Source: an uncultured Chloroflexia bacterium
GTDB lineage: Bacteria; Chloroflexota; Limnocylindria; Limnocylindrales; CSP1-4
NCBI GenBank assembly: GCA_963748625.1
Contig: CAVVJT010000004.1
Location: 736,001-800,000, forward strand
DNA length: 64,000 nucleotides
Direction of reading: 5' to 3'
Shown piece by piece: positions 17,228-26,768 of this stretch. Within the stretch, counting starts at the first letter, position 1. Every line of letters begins with the position of its first letter. A model generated the notes under the pieces. The model worked only from the letters and a program-made list of their open reading frames with translations. It made no database searches and was not told the origin of the DNA. The translations under genes and the position numbers were made by a program.

Positions 17228-19060
17228 TCAGGGATCCCGCCTGACGCGGACGCGACGCGGTGTCGCCGTGGGCGTGGCCGACTCGATGGGGAGCCGCACG
17301 GTGAACGTGGCGCCGGTCCCGGGGCCGTCGCTGCGGACGGTCAGCGTGCCACCGTGCAGCACCACCAGCTCCCGCGAGATCGAGAGGCCCAGCCCCAGTC
17401 CACCTTGGTCGTCGCCGATGGGCGTCCCGCGTCGGAAGCGCTCGAAGACATGGGGCAGGAGCTCCGGCTCGATCCCGCTCCCGGTGTCGATTACCGCCAG
17501 CTCCGCGTGCCGGCTCCGCCGCGCGATCTCGATCCGGATGGTCCCGTCGGCCGACGTGTGACGGATGGCGTTGTCGAGGAGGTTGCGCACCACCTGGCCG
17601 AGCCTGCCCGCATCGACCACGGCGTGGACGTCCACGGTGCGTACCCGCACCTCCACGCCCTTTGCCTCCGCGAGGGGCCGCATGGTGTCCGCCGCAGCCT
17701 GCGCGATGGGTCCGAGCGCCTGGCGTCGCGGGGTGATCGACAAGGTCCCCGCCATGGCCCGGGAGGCATCGAGGAGGTCGTCCACGAGCAGCCGCTGGGC
17801 CTCCGCGTTGCGCTCGATGGTGTCCAGTGCCTCCTGCTCGCGGCCGGGGATCCGGCCGGACGCCAGGAGCCGCGACCAGAGCAGGATGGCCGCCAGGGGG
17901 GTGCGGAGCTCATGGGACACGCTGGCAAGGAACGCGTCGCGCATGCGGGTGGCAGCCTCGGCCTGCCGGCGTGCGGCACGCTCCTGCGCGAGCGCCTGCT
18001 CCTGCTGGTCGTCCAGGCGCCGGCGCGCCTCGGCGAGCGCCTCCGCTGTCTGGGCGCGTTCCACCGAGGCCCATGTCCGCTCGGCCGTCTGCTCGGCAAG
18101 GTCGATATCGTCAGCGCTCCACGACCTGTGGTCCGCGGCGTAGACCCCCAGCATCGCGACCCAGCGACCGTCCTTCACCAGGGGCACGCCAATGGCCGCG
18201 CCGCCCTGGAAGATCGGCGAGCGGCTCACCTCGAGGCCCGCGAGTCGCGGATCCGTGGCGAGGTCGGACGTCACGAGCGTGGCCCCTGCCGACATCGCGG
18301 CGAGGAGCGGAGCCCCGAAAGCGGCGACGGGGAAGCGAAGACCCGGCCCCGAGCCACCGAGGACGTCGGCGGCGCCCGGGACCTCGGCGCTGCCCGGGAC
18401 CTCGGCGCTGCCCGGGACCTCGGACCCGGCCCCATCGCCGGTGTCGACCCGCGTTGCCACCGTCGCCCCGTCCGGCTCGACCACGGCGTAGAAGACGCGG
18501 TCCGCGGCCAGCTGGTCCGCGAGGAGACGTGCGGCGTGCTCCATCGCCTCGACCGGGCTGTCGAGGGGGCGGAGCGCATCGGACAGGCGCAGGAGGAACG
18601 CCTGCCGCTCGCGCCCGACACGCAGGAGGTCGGAGTTGCGGTGGGCCGCCGTGGTGTCGCGGAAGACGACGGCGACGAGGGGGTCCGACGGCTCCCCCAC
18701 CCTGACCGCGAACGCATCGATCCAGCGGTCAACGGCCGGATCGAAACGCTCCACCCGCTCGCTCGCGCCGGTCTCCGCGACCCGCGCGAAGCCGAGCGCC
18801 CACGCCGGGTCGAAGCCCGGTGTCAGCACGCTCGCGAGCTGGCCCGCGCCCGACGTGCCGAGCTGGCGCTCCATCGCGTCGTTGTGCTCGACGACGACGT
18901 AGTCGACTGGCGTGCCGTCGGCGGCACGGACGATCCGGACCAGGGCGTAGCCGAGGTCGAGCGATGCCGTGAGCAGCCGGAACCGGTCCTCGGACGCCGG
19001 CAGGTCTGGGACGGCGTCCAGGCGGGGAGCGCGGTCGCTGGCCAGGTCGGGGCCGTTCAC
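17228..19060 (-). CDS. Cytoplasmic PAS/GAF sensor histidine kinase (orphan)
   Basis: SHELRTPL, NLLDNA, DTGSGI, GLGLGL. Contains an internal 18-bp x3 repeat (GSAEVP). Confidence 0.9.
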   Translation of the reverse strand: MNGPDLASDRAPRLDAVPDLPASEDRFRLLTASLDLGYALVRIVRAADGTPVDYVVVEHNDAMERQLGTSGAGQLASVLTPGFDPAWALGFARVAETGASERVERFDPAVDRWIDAFAVRVGEPSDPLVAVVFRDTTAAHRNSDLLRVGRERQAFLLRLSDALRPLDSPVEAMEHAARLLADQLAADRVFYAVVEPDGATVATRVDTGDGAGSEVPGSAEVPGSAEVPGAADVLGGSGPGLRFPVAAFGAPLLAAMSAGATLVTSDLATDPRLAGLEVSRSPIFQGGAAIGVPLVKDGRWVAMLGVYAADHRSWSADDIDLAEQTAERTWASVERAQTAEALAEARRRLDDQQEQALAQERAARRQAEAATRMRDAFLASVSHELRTPLAAILLWSRLLASGRIPGREQEALDTIERNAEAQRLLVDDLLDASRAMAGTLSITPRRQALGPIAQAAADTMRPLAEAKGVEVRVRTVDVHAVVDAGRLGQVVRNLLDNAIRHTSADGTIRIEIARRSRHAELAVIDTGSGIEPELLPHVFERFRRGTPIGDDQGGLGLGLSISRELVVLHGGTLTVRSDGPGTGATFTVRLPIESATPTATPRRVRVRRDP

Positions 19061-19083
19061 GAGCGGGCAGTGGATCCTGGAGG

Positions 19084-20655
19084 TCAGTCCACGACGGTGT
19101 GGCTCTGCTCCCGCAGGAACTGGGCCACGTAGTACATCGACAAGCCGGACTTGCCGGTGGACCCGGAGCCCTTCCAGCCGCCGAAGGCCTGCACGCCCGG
19201 CCAGGCGCCCGTGGTGGCACCGGCACGGCGGTTGACGTAGAGCACGCCCGCGTGGATCTCCTCGAGGAACCGGTCGACCTCTTCGGGCTCCTCCGAGTAG
19301 ATGCCCGCCGTGAGCCCGTACATGCCGGCGTTGGCGAGCGCGATCGCCTCATCGAGCGAGCCCACGGGGGCGATCGCGGTGAAGGGGGCGAACAGCTCGT
19401 CGTGGAACAGCCGGTGCGTGGCGGGCAGGCCCACCACCGCGGGCTCAACGAACCAGCCACGGGCCAGGGCGCCGTCGGTGAGGCGCTCCCCGCCCGTGAA
19501 CACCGTGCCATCGCGGCGGGCTTCCGCCACCGCCTGCTGGTGCCGGTCAACGGCCGTCTGGTCGATGATCGGACCCATGAACGCTGCGCGGTCGAGCGGG
19601 TCGCCGATCACAAGCTTCTCGGTCTTCGCGACCAGGAGGCGCACCAGCTCGTCGTGGACCGGCCGCTCGACATAGACGCGGCTGTTGGCGGAGCACTTCT
19701 GGCCCCCGAACCCGAAGGCGGAACGCATGATGCCCTCGGCCGCCTCCTCGAGGTCCGCGCTGCGCATCACGATGGTCGCGTTCTTGCCGCCCATCTCCAC
19801 GATGGCCGGACGCGGGTAGTGGGTGGAGAAGTTGCGGAAGATGTCGAAGCCGACCTCGTAGGACCCGGTGAAGACGATCCCGTCGATGTCCGGGTTCTCC
19901 TGGAGCTCGGCGCCCACGGTGCTGCCCGGGCCCATGACGAGGTTGAAGACACCGTCGGGAACTCCCGCATCGCGGTAGGCCTCGAGGATCGCGATGGCCG
20001 TCATCGCCGACGCGGACGCGGGCTTGAAGACAACCGCGTTGCCGGCCATCATCGCCGCCGAGCTCGGGCCGATCGCGAGGGCCATCGGGAAGTTGAACGG
20101 GCTGATGACGGCGAACACGCCGTGGGGCCGCAGGATCGACCGGGTGTGGACCGATGGATCACCGAGGTTGTCCATGTCGTGGTCGTAGAACGCGTTGTCC
20201 TCGGCGGTCTTCGCGTAGTAGCGGATGAGATCGGCCGCCTCCTCCACCTCACCCAGCGCCTCGATCCGGGTCTTGCCGACCTCGATGGCCATCAGGGCGG
20301 CGTACTCCATCTGGCGCTCGGAGATGAGGTCCGCGGCGCGGCGCAGGATCTCGAGGCGCTGCTCCCAGCCCAGGCGGAACCAGGCCGGCTGGGCCGTGCG
20401 CGCGGCGGCAACGGCGTCCTTGGCATCCTGGCGCGTGCCCTTGGCGAACGTGCCGACAAGAATGTCGCGGTCGATGGGCGAGCGGACCTCGAAGGTGCCC
20501 ACGCCGTCACGCTCCACACCGCCGATGACATTGCGGTGGTAGGCGCCCAGGCGGGCCTTGGCCTTGTCGAGCCCGGCCTCGTAGAGGGCGTGCAGCTCCT
20601 CGTTGTCGGCGCGCAGGGTCGCATACGTGATCTTGAGGCGCGGGGCGCTGGTCAT
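19084..20655 (-). CDS. Aldehyde dehydrogenase (P5C / glutamate-semialdehyde dehydrogenase-like)
   Basis: SPFNFP, FTGS, EMGGKN, GQKCSA, ELFAP, FGGWKGSG. RBS GGAGG precedes ATG 20655. Confidence 0.93.
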   Translation of the reverse strand: MTSAPRLKITYATLRADNEELHALYEAGLDKAKARLGAYHRNVIGGVERDGVGTFEVRSPIDRDILVGTFAKGTRQDAKDAVAAARTAQPAWFRLGWEQRLEILRRAADLISERQMEYAALMAIEVGKTRIEALGEVEEAADLIRYYAKTAEDNAFYDHDMDNLGDPSVHTRSILRPHGVFAVISPFNFPMALAIGPSSAAMMAGNAVVFKPASASAMTAIAILEAYRDAGVPDGVFNLVMGPGSTVGAELQENPDIDGIVFTGSYEVGFDIFRNFSTHYPRPAIVEMGGKNATIVMRSADLEEAAEGIMRSAFGFGGQKCSANSRVYVERPVHDELVRLLVAKTEKLVIGDPLDRAAFMGPIIDQTAVDRHQQAVAEARRDGTVFTGGERLTDGALARGWFVEPAVVGLPATHRLFHDELFAPFTAIAPVGSLDEAIALANAGMYGLTAGIYSEEPEEVDRFLEEIHAGVLYVNRRAGATTGAWPGVQAFGGWKGSGSTGKSGLSMYYVAQFLREQSHTVVD

Positions 20656-20768
20656 CGGGGTCCTCCGAGGCGGAACGCTGTGCGGTCTGGCGACCCGGAG
20701 GGTACCCGCGAGGGCGGAGGCCGGTCCAGCCACGCCTCGCCCCGTTGCGCCGCGTGATCGTGGTCGGC

Positions 20769-20996
20769 TCAGCCGCCCGAGAAGACCGGCGCGATCATGA
20801 CCCGGTCGCCCGGCTCCAGGCGCTCGACGGCATCCACCGCCCACCCGTTGCGGGCGATGATCATCGGCCAGGCAGGATCGATCGCGAACCTCGCGAGAAG
20901 GTCCGCGATCGTCGTTCCGGGCTCGACGTCGAGCTCCTTATGGCTGAATCCCGCCTTGTGCGCGATGCCGCCGGTGAGCTTGAAGGTGATCCGCAT
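20769..20996 (-). CDS. MoaD/ThiS-family sulfur carrier protein
   Basis: 75-aa ubiquitin-like fold ending in PVFSGG, directly downstream of AOR. Confidence 0.9.
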   Translation of the reverse strand: MRITFKLTGGIAHKAGFSHKELDVEPGTTIADLLARFAIDPAWPMIIARNGWAVDAVERLEPGDRVMIAPVFSGG

Positions 20997-20999
20997 GCC

Positions 21000-22838
21000 C
21001 TAGTTGAGTGTCGCGTAGGCCTCCGCCTTCGCGGCCTCCTCCGTGAGACCAAGCTGCTCGAGGGTCGCCCGGGTGGGCACCCCGCGCGCATCGTAGCCCC
21101 GGATGTCGTAGTAGTGGCCCAGCAGCTCGTCGTACTTGTCCCGGTCGAGGTGCAGGCCCGCGATGGGTCCCTCGGTATCCGCGTTCTCCGGGTCGAACCA
21201 GGCGGCCGGGACGTAGTCGGCCGTGCGATCGGTGTCCGGGAACTCGCGCAGCCAGAACAGCTTGATGAGCGCGTAGATCCGGTCGGAGATCGGCCAGAAG
21301 TCCTCGAGCGTCCAGTCCTTGCCCGTGATGGTGTTGAAGTACTTCGGGTAGTTCTCCACGCCCCAGCCGAGCTCGACCCACGGGAAGCGGCAGGTCACGA
21401 TCGACTCGAACAGGCCGCCGCGGATCCGCTGGAGGTCGACGACCTTCTGGGCCTTGTCGCGCCCGTACGACCCGCGCTCGGTCTGCCGGACCTCGTACGT
21501 GATGATCCACGACTCCTTGTGGTGGGCGCCGATGGGGCTCACGCCGAAGGCGAGCGCCATGCCCGGGATGAACTTGCAGTTGTAGGCCGAGATCTCGAGG
21601 CCCTTCACCTGCATGGCGTAGTCCTCGGAGTCGTGGCCAAAGACCCGGGCGGCACGAAGGGTTCCCTCGGCCAGGATGTTGCCGATCTCGCCGTCCCGGT
21701 GGGCGATCTGCGCAAGCAGCGCCTTGAACGCCACCACATCGCCGAACAGCGGCGCTCCCGGGGCGGCGCCCCGCTCGACGGCATCAGCGTAGAACCCGAG
21801 CACGTTGCCGGCCGAGATGGTGTCCAGGCCGTAGTCGTCGCAGTCGTAGTTCAGCGCGGCAACCTGGGGCAGGTCGTACAGGTCGAGATTGGGACCGAGC
21901 AGCCCGACGGGTTCGTAGTCGAGCTCCGACTCGCGCCCCTGGTCGTCGAGGACGGCGATGCCGCAGCGCATCGTGCAGTTCGGGCAGCCGTAGGTGGCGA
22001 CGCGGGCCGCGTTGGCGCGCTCGCCGTCCACCTGCCAGGCGTCGGGATGGTGCGTGCCTCGGAAGTTGTGGACCGGGAGCGCCGCGACCTCGTTGCACCA
22101 GGGGAGGACACCGTCCGTGCCCTGGACCGACCAGCCCTGCTCCTTGTCCCAGGCACGGACCTCCTTGAGGTCGTCGCGCCCGAGGATCTTCATCTCCGCG
22201 GGGAAGGCCTGCGGGATGGGCTTGGACCCCTTGATGACGATGGCCTTGAGGAGCTTGCTGCCCATGACCGCGCCCATCCCGGGCCGTCCGCCGGAACGCC
22301 CCTCGAGGCTGCGCACGGTCGCGTAGCGGACCATGTTCTCGCCGGCCTGGCCGATGTTCAGGACGCCCGCGCCCTTGCCGTAGCGGGCGTAGATCCAGTC
22401 GTTCGTGGCGATCGTGCCCTTGCCCCAGACCTCGTCCGCAGGCAGGAACTCGACGCGGTCGTCCTCGATGTAGAGCATCGTCGGGCTGGCCGCCCGGCCC
22501 TCGACGATCAGCGCGTCGTACCCCGCCTTGCGGATCTGGTCCGTCACGCGGGTGCCGAGATTGCCGTCGCCGTAGCCGCCGGTGGCGGGGGACTTCGCCG
22601 CCACGATCGTCTTGCCCGTGTTCGGCGCGGGAATGCCCGAGATCGGGCCGACGGCGACGACCAGCTTGTTCTCAGGGCCGAGGGGGTCGATGCCGGGGGC
22701 GAGCTCGTCGTACAACAGCTTCACGGCGAAGCCACGGCCGCCGATCCACGTGGTGGCGAACTCCTCTGAGAACGTGTCCACGCGGTGCGTCCGGTCCGTC
22801 AGGTTGACCCTGAGGATCTGCCCGGTCCAACCATCCAT
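21000..22838 (-). CDS. aor: Aldehyde:ferredoxin oxidoreductase (W-dependent)
   Basis: GWTGQILRVNL, KSPATG, GRPGMGAVMGSKLLKA, CPNCTMRC, DDYGLDTIS, VKGLE. Confidence 0.93.
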   Translation of the reverse strand: MDGWTGQILRVNLTDRTHRVDTFSEEFATTWIGGRGFAVKLLYDELAPGIDPLGPENKLVVAVGPISGIPAPNTGKTIVAAKSPATGGYGDGNLGTRVTDQIRKAGYDALIVEGRAASPTMLYIEDDRVEFLPADEVWGKGTIATNDWIYARYGKGAGVLNIGQAGENMVRYATVRSLEGRSGGRPGMGAVMGSKLLKAIVIKGSKPIPQAFPAEMKILGRDDLKEVRAWDKEQGWSVQGTDGVLPWCNEVAALPVHNFRGTHHPDAWQVDGERANAARVATYGCPNCTMRCGIAVLDDQGRESELDYEPVGLLGPNLDLYDLPQVAALNYDCDDYGLDTISAGNVLGFYADAVERGAAPGAPLFGDVVAFKALLAQIAHRDGEIGNILAEGTLRAARVFGHDSEDYAMQVKGLEISAYNCKFIPGMALAFGVSPIGAHHKESWIITYEVRQTERGSYGRDKAQKVVDLQRIRGGLFESIVTCRFPWVELGWGVENYPKYFNTITGKDWTLEDFWPISDRIYALIKLFWLREFPDTDRTADYVPAAWFDPENADTEGPIAGLHLDRDKYDELLGHYYDIRGYDARGVPTRATLEQLGLTEEAAKAEAYATLN

Positions 22839-22902
22839 CGTCAGCTCATCCTTGCATGGGTTGTCGGATAGGACCGTAATGCGTCTCCGGGTCAGGCTCC
22901 TA

Positions 22903-22937
22903 AGGGCATTGGACCCCTGTTGCAGGATGAAGGTCCC
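22903..22937. promoter_or_regulatory. Tandem DevR-box-like sites upstream of aor
   Basis: Minus-strand GGGTC-CAAT-GCCCT and GGGAC-CTTC-ATCCT, 21 bp apart. Confidence 0.45.
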
Positions 22938-22991
22938 GACTCTTCCGGCCAGCCTGGTGACAGACCCCGGCGCCGCATCTACCCTCCTCGG

Positions 22992-24596
22992 GTGAACCGC
23001 ACCATCCGTCCGCTCGGCATCCTCGCCCTCGTCGCGGCCCTGCTGGGAGCCGCCGTGCCCGTCCGCGCGGCAAACGGGTTCCCGGCCGGCTACGAGGGCT
23101 TCCACACCTACGCGGAGATGCAGGCGGAGATCGCCGACGTCGCCACTGCGCATCCCGACATCGTTTCCCTGTTCACCATCGGCACCTCGTACAAGGGGCG
23201 CGCGCTGTGGGCCGCCAAGATCAGCGACAACGTGCTGGTGGACGAGGACGAGCCCGAGGTGCTGTTCGACGGCCTGCACCACGGCAACGAGCACATGGGC
23301 CTGGAGATGACGCTGGCGATCCTCCACTGGCTGGCGGAGGGCTACGGATCGGATGCGCGGATCACGGACCTCGTCGACACGCGCGAGACGTGGATCGTGT
23401 TCGCGGTCAACCCCGACGGGGCCGCGTTCGATGTGCTCGACGACGGCTTCCGGGACTGGCGCAAGAACCGCCAGCCGAACGCCAACGGCACCGTGGGAAC
23501 AGACCTCAACCGCAACTACGACTACCGCTGGGGCTCGAAGGACACCTCCGGGTCGCCGGTCCCGGGCGCCAGTGGCTACCGCGGGCCCCGGCCGTTCTCG
23601 GCACCCGAGACCCGTGCGCTTCGGGACTTCCTCGCCGGCCGCGTCGTCGGTGGCCGCCAGCAGATCCGCGTGGCCATCAGCTTCCATGAGTACGGGCGCC
23701 AGGTGATGTGGCCGTACGCCTACACATCTGCCGACGCGCCGCCCGACATGACGGCCGACGACGCCGCGGCGCTCCGGCGGATCGGCCGGCGCATGGCGGC
23801 GTCCTCGGGCTACACGCCGCTGCAGGCGAGTGAGATACGGCTCGCATCGGGCACGTTCCGCGATTACGCCTACGGGCGGTACCGGATCTTCGCCTACACC
23901 GTCGAGCTGTCGGCCGTGAACTATCCCAAGGACACGCGTATCCCGGCCGAGACCGGCCGCAACCGCGAGGCGGTCCTGTGGCTCATGGAGCAGGCGTGGT
24001 GCCCGCTGAACGTGCTCGGGGCTGCCGTGACCGCCGCCCGCTGCGGAGCCTTCGACGACGACCTCGAGGTCACACGGGGCTGGCAGGTGAACCCGGACGG
24101 CACGGACACCGCCGGCGCGACCGGCGGCCGCTGGCAGCGGGCGGACCCCGCGTCGACGACGCTGTCGCGCACGGTCATGCAGCGGCGTGCGGTCCCGTCC
24201 GGCCGCGCTGCACTCGTGACTGGCGCGTCGGCCGGCAGGCGCGCATCGGCCAATGACCTCGACGGACGGACCACCGTGCGCTCAACGCCGATCGCCCTGG
24301 CGGCGGGCGCGGGGCAGACGCTCAGGTTCCGGTGGCTCTTCGCGCACGCGGCCACCTCGGGGCCAGAGGACCACCTGCGCGCCGTCGTCGAGGCGGATGA
24401 CGGGACGCTGACGACGGCCTGGGAGCAGACCGGCGCAGCCAGCCTCCGGGGCGGGACGTGGGGTTCGGCGTCGGTCCCCCTGGACGCCTGGGCCGGGCAG
24501 ACAATCCGAATCCGCTTCGAGGCGGAGGACGGCGGTAGGGGCGGCGTGGTGGAAGCCGGGATCGACGACGTCAGGGTGACCCGCCCGGCCGAGTGA
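22992..24596 (+). CDS. Secreted M14 zinc carboxypeptidase (carboxypeptidase T-like) with C-terminal beta-sandwich domain
   Basis: Signal peptide, HHGNE zinc motif, NPDG, WRKNR, DLNRNY, SFHEYG, TVEL. Confidence 0.92.
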   Translation: MNRTIRPLGILALVAALLGAAVPVRAANGFPAGYEGFHTYAEMQAEIADVATAHPDIVSLFTIGTSYKGRALWAAKISDNVLVDEDEPEVLFDGLHHGNEHMGLEMTLAILHWLAEGYGSDARITDLVDTRETWIVFAVNPDGAAFDVLDDGFRDWRKNRQPNANGTVGTDLNRNYDYRWGSKDTSGSPVPGASGYRGPRPFSAPETRALRDFLAGRVVGGRQQIRVAISFHEYGRQVMWPYAYTSADAPPDMTADDAAALRRIGRRMAASSGYTPLQASEIRLASGTFRDYAYGRYRIFAYTVELSAVNYPKDTRIPAETGRNREAVLWLMEQAWCPLNVLGAAVTAARCGAFDDDLEVTRGWQVNPDGTDTAGATGGRWQRADPASTTLSRTVMQRRAVPSGRAALVTGASAGRRASANDLDGRTTVRSTPIALAAGAGQTLRFRWLFAHAATSGPEDHLRAVVEADDGTLTTAWEQTGAASLRGGTWGSASVPLDAWAGQTIRIRFEAEDGGRGGVVEAGIDDVRVTRPAE

Positions 24597-24654
24597 CCCA
24601 CGCCGGACGGCTGAACCCGCCTGGACGGCTGGACCCCGCGTGTGACAGGCGTGA

Positions 24655-25539
24655 TCAGTCGAGGGCCGCGACGATCTCCCTGATCGAGTCGGCGACGCCG
24701 TCGGGCCGGTACGCGCCCCGGGCCCGTGCCGCAACCGCGTCCAGCTCGGCCTCCCCGTGCTTGCCGGTCCGCACGAACACGGTGCGCAGCCCGGCGCGCC
24801 TGCCGCCACCGATATCGCTGTGCACGTCGTCGCCGACCATGACCACCTGCGACCGGTGGAGCGGCGCCTCACCGCGGGCCGCGGCCTCCCGGGCGAGCCG
24901 CTCGAACCCGGATCGGAAGAACGACGGTGACGGCTTGCCGACTGTGCGCGCGCGTCGGCCGGACGCCCACTCCAGGCCGACAAGGAACGCACCTGCGTCC
25001 AGCGTTGGACCGGCCGCGGTGAGCCACCACGGGTTGCGGTGCATCCCGATCAGCGCGGCGCCGCCCAGCACCAGGCGGAACGCCCGATCGAGATTGGGCT
25101 TGGTGATCTCGTCCGGTGAGTCGCCCAGGATCACAGCCGCCACGGCGGAGGGGTCCGCGTCGGCCGTCGGGCCTTCGACAAGATCCAGGCCGTCGAGCTC
25201 CGTGCGCGCGTCGGCCGAGCAGATCACGTAGACCTTGCGCCCGGCGAACTCCCGGCGCACGAGATCCGCCGATGCCGCCAGCGCGGACAGGAACCGGTCC
25301 CGCGGGATGGCAAGACCCACCGACGCGCTCCAGCGGGCGAGCGTCTCGCGGGACACGAGGGAGCTGTTGGTCAGCACGAGGTACGGGATGCCGCGCCCGT
25401 CGAGCTCGGCCATGGCCTCCACGGCACCCGGGATCGGCTTGCCCTTGAGCAGCAGGACGCCGTCGAGGTCAAGGAGGAAGGCCCGGGCCCCGTGCAGGGC
25501 TGCACGCAGGGCGTCGTCCGGGGCGGTCGCGTCGGGCAT
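24655..25539 (-). CDS. HAD-IIA family hydrolase (NagD-like)
   Basis: DLDGVL, LTNSS, GKPS, VGDD...DI, RTGK. Confidence 0.92.
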   Translation of the reverse strand: MPDATAPDDALRAALHGARAFLLDLDGVLLLKGKPIPGAVEAMAELDGRGIPYLVLTNSSLVSRETLARWSASVGLAIPRDRFLSALAASADLVRREFAGRKVYVICSADARTELDGLDLVEGPTADADPSAVAAVILGDSPDEITKPNLDRAFRLVLGGAALIGMHRNPWWLTAAGPTLDAGAFLVGLEWASGRRARTVGKPSPSFFRSGFERLAREAAARGEAPLHRSQVVMVGDDVHSDIGGGRRAGLRTVFVRTGKHGEAELDAVAARARGAYRPDGVADSIREIVAALD

Positions 25540-25573
25540 GATGGGCGGAGGGTATCGGAAGGAGGAGCCGCGC

Positions 25574-26356
25574 ATGGGCCTGCTCGACGGACGCAAGGCG
25601 CTTGTCTTCGGGGTCGCGAACGACCACAGCATCGCCTGGGGCATCGCCAAAGCATTCCACGATGCAGGGGCCACGGTTGGCTTCTCGTCGGTGGAGAGCC
25701 TGATCGAGCGACGCGTGAAGCCGCTCGCGGACTCGATCGGCTCGACGTTCGTGGAGCCCGCAGACGTGAGCTCGGACGAGCAGCTCGCAGACGTGATGCG
25801 CAAGTGGCACGCGGCTCACGGCGAGATCGACATCCTGGTCCACGCGGTCGCCTACGCGAAGCGCGAGGACCTCGACGGGCAGTTCGTGAACACGTCGCGG
25901 GCCGGGTTCGCCCTCGCCCTGGACGTGTCGGCGTACTCCCTCGTCGCGATGGCCCGCGAGGCGCGCCCGTACCTGCACCGCGGCTCGTCGATCATCACGC
26001 TCAGCTACTACGGAGCTGAGAAGGTGGTCACCAACTACAACGTGATGGGGGTGGCCAAGGCGGCGCTCGAGGCGTCCGTGCGCTACCTCGCGGCGGACCT
26101 CGGGCCGGACGGCATCCGCGTCAACGCGATCTCGGCGGGCCCTATCCGGACCCTGTCGGCAGGCGGGATCGCGGGCTTCCGCAAGCTCTACGGCCCGTTC
26201 GACCAGGTCGCCCCGCTGCGGGCGCACATCTCGATCGAGGACTGCGGCAAGACCGCGGTGTACCTGGGGTCCGACCTGTCGTCCGCCGTCACCGGCGAGG
26301 TGGTCTACGTGGACGGCGGGTTCAACATCCTCGGTGTGCCCACGCCCTCCGACTGA
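25574..26356 (+). CDS. fabI: Enoyl-ACP reductase
   Basis: GVANDHSIAWGIA, YNVMGVAKAALE, ISAGPIRT. RBS AAGGAGG. Confidence 0.97.
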   Translation: MGLLDGRKALVFGVANDHSIAWGIAKAFHDAGATVGFSSVESLIERRVKPLADSIGSTFVEPADVSSDEQLADVMRKWHAAHGEIDILVHAVAYAKREDLDGQFVNTSRAGFALALDVSAYSLVAMAREARPYLHRGSSIITLSYYGAEKVVTNYNVMGVAKAALEASVRYLAADLGPDGIRVNAISAGPIRTLSAGGIAGFRKLYGPFDQVAPLRAHISIEDCGKTAVYLGSDLSSAVTGEVVYVDGGFNILGVPTPSD

Positions 26357-26370
26357 GGAGGCTGTATCGG

Positions 26371-26745
26371 ATGGACCTGGTCCTCGTGGGGGTGGGCGGC
26401 TTCTTCGGCGCCATCGCGCGCCGGGCCGTCGACCTGTGGGTGAGCGACAGGAGTGGCTCGCCGTTCCCCCTTGGAACGCTGGTGGTCAACCTGTCCGGCG
26501 CGTTCCTCCTCGGACTCCTGTTCGCGTGGGCCACCGAACGCGACGTGCTGCCGAGGGAGATCCGCGGGCCGGTCATGATCGGCTTCATCGGGGCGTACAC
26601 CACGTTCTCCACGTGGATGCTGGAGTCGATGCGCCTGTTCGAGGACGGGGCCTGGCAGCTCGCCCTGGTCAACCTCCTCGGGTCCATCGTGCTGGGCGTC
26701 ATCGCGGTCGCCGGGGGCCTTGCCCTCGGCCGGCTGCTTCCGTAG
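26371..26745 (+). CDS. crcB: Fluoride efflux channel (Fluc/CrcB)
   Basis: GGFFGAIAR, GTLVVNLSG, GFIGAYTTFSTW. Confidence 0.95.
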   Translation: MDLVLVGVGGFFGAIARRAVDLWVSDRSGSPFPLGTLVVNLSGAFLLGLLFAWATERDVLPREIRGPVMIGFIGAYTTFSTWMLESMRLFEDGAWQLALVNLLGSIVLGVIAVAGGLALGRLLP

Positions 26746-26768
26746 CCGCTCCCAGGAGGGACGCAACC

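Noticed and set aside
21000-23687. 895-aa AOR and other N-terminally extended ORF calls (53156-55846, 41717-43357, 25235-26356, 57919-59262)
   Set aside because: The extensions overlap genuine neighbouring genes. Family homology and RBS/-10 signals start further downstream, so these are not fusions.
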